Shown: positions 62,282-64,000 of the stretch, piece by piece
How positions within the stretch are numbered: position 1 is the first letter of the stretch
How the letters are laid out: every line of letters starts with the position of its first letter
Source of the DNA: Lama glama
Lineage: Eukaryota
Length of the DNA stretch: 64,000 nucleotides
Assembly: GCA_028534125.1 (NCBI GenBank)
Contig: CM052816.1
Location: 64,916,001-64,980,000, forward strand
Direction: 5' to 3'
Made by a program: the position numbers and the translations under genes
Notes under the pieces: model-generated
What the model saw: the letters and a program-made list of their open reading frames with translations, nothing else
Told to the model about the DNA's origin: nothing
The model's database searches: none

Positions 62282-64000
62282 CCAACTCTCTTTGTTTCCT
62301 TTGGAAATTAGAGCTACAACAAATGAATTCTTGATCTTAGTCTACTTTGAAGTGTACTTGACAAACATGAGTTGTTTTAGTTTATCATTATTAATTTTTA
62401 AATACAAGTACGATGCTCTAGTATCCAAAGCGTAGGATTTTGTGTAGGAGAAAGTCTGTTAATTTTTAAAAGATATTCAAGAGAGAGTAGGGAAATAAAT
62501 AAAAGCTGATAACTTTCTAAAATCTTTATTAAGGATTAATATCAGGAACTTGCAACACAATTTAACTAATTTCTCACTTTGCATATGGGCTATTAATTTT
62601 TCCACGTGGTAAGACGTTAATGATTTCAGAGAAAATATATCTCTATTTCTTGTTCCTAATACATGGGTACTATTTAGGTTCAATGGATTTTAGTTGTCAT
62701 TCTCAAGAAGCTTTTTTACATTAGCACTCTTCTTCTGGAAGAGTTTTAAAATAATCGGAAAATTTTAATCCACAAATTATCAATATTCAACATTCTGATA
62801 GATTCAGATAAATTTACCTGAAAAGAAAAGCTACTATGGTAGGCCTCTTTAGAATTTTATTATCTATTTGTTTATCTTAACTATTTTTTTAAATGCAGCA
62901 TTTATTTCTGCTGTGTTCCACTTCCCTACCAGCTTTGGGAGAATTCTTAGCTATGTTTCCTGAAAGTTACAAACTGCACCTGGAGACTCTGAAAAATTAA
63001 AGATCAGTCTTTTTGTTTTCTTATAAATATAAGAAGGTCTGCTATGGTAGAGTACTCAACTTGTCCTAAAGAATTCTCTAATTTATTCAGGTAGAAATAA
63101 AAAGAAGTGGAAAGAGCTATTCCCAAATTTGAAATAATATATTGGACTTCAGTTTCTTGAAGAAAATCTTGAAAGTAACATGTCCTTATAGACTTCTAAG
63201 CCAAGAGAGTCAGGAGACATTCATATTCTTGGTTGAAAGCTTAACTAATATATATTGTCATAAAACATCTAAATGTAAGCCTAAACTTCTACTTAGGAGT
63301 AAGAAAAACAAAGTGAAAACTGTAAACTTTCTAAAATGTCTTAACAAAGATTCTCTTGAAATTTAAACATTTTATCTGTATCTACAAAGCAAATATTTTA
63401 GAAAAAGGGAAGATTTAAGCAATTTAACTTATGCTCTACTAGTTTGATTTAAAATGCTTCTTATGTCAAGGAAATTCAAAATAGAGAGGTTTAGTAATCA
63501 GAATAGAGACACATGATACAGAACATATTATTCCCATAGTCCCTACTGTTTGAAAGGAACTGTCTATACTGGTTTTTCAAGTTCGATTTTACACCCTACA
63601 GGTGAAGGAACTAGTTTTGCATTGCTTAGAAAATGATTCTGGTTTTGAAGCTTATAATCTAATAGCAAACACACCTCATGATTCTCTTTCTAGTGTTCTC
63701 AACCCGTGTTTGCTTCCTTTTAATATGATTCCATAGTCTGTGTTCTGCACAGAACACATTCTGCACAGAAGATCATCATTTTCTCCAAGCATTAATCATT
63801 TCCTGGGAAGTGAGATTTCTGTAATTATTTTTTTCCATTTCTGCATCTCCTTCAGCATTTTTTTTTTTTTGCAATGTGCTAAGGCCATTTATTTGACATA
63901 CAGACCTATCTCCCAGAGCCAGCGAGACAGAGGAAAGCACTTTCTTCTGTACATTGATATTTCACCTTCAAATTATTTGGGATCATTATTGGTGCAATGA

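Larger units (their letters stand above)
54260..62285 (-). mobile_element. Near-full-length, decayed LINE-1 (L1MA8/9-like 3'UTR; monomer-containing 5'UTR)
   Basis: Collinear 3'UTR, ORF2 RT and endonuclease remnants ([59 protein letters not shown]), ORF1 region and 5'UTR ending in ccaagatggcg; many stops and frameshifts. Confidence 0.93.

Noticed and set aside
54260..62285. Active LINE-1 or domesticated RT gene
   Set aside because: ORF1 and ORF2 are broken by many stops, frameshifts, a nested L1 and a microsatellite.

Overview
Mammalian non-coding, repeat-rich DNA, most likely camelid (alpaca/vicuna/camel). The species call rests on four tRNA-Ala-derived SINEs resembling the camelid Vic-1 family. 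It looks like a large intron or intergenic segment. I recognise no protein-coding gene: the only ORFs matching a known protein are broken LINE-1 ORF2 pieces. The window holds ancient MIR/L2/DNA-transposon/LTR relics, several younger 5'-truncated L1 insertions with readable target-site duplications (TSDs), and one ~8 kb near-full-length old L1 on the minus strand (about 54260-62285). That L1 has a tandem-monomer 5'UTR and a nested younger L1. There are also microsatellites and two gaps of exactly 500 N. The 15.5 kb contig between the gaps has reversed A/T skew and reversed young-repeat orientation relative to its flanks and may be mis-oriented in the scaffold. A few weak splice-bounded candidate exons are noted. 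I found no convincing evidence of a novel biological system. Repeat family names come from visual recognition, not database searches, and boundaries of old repeats are approximate.
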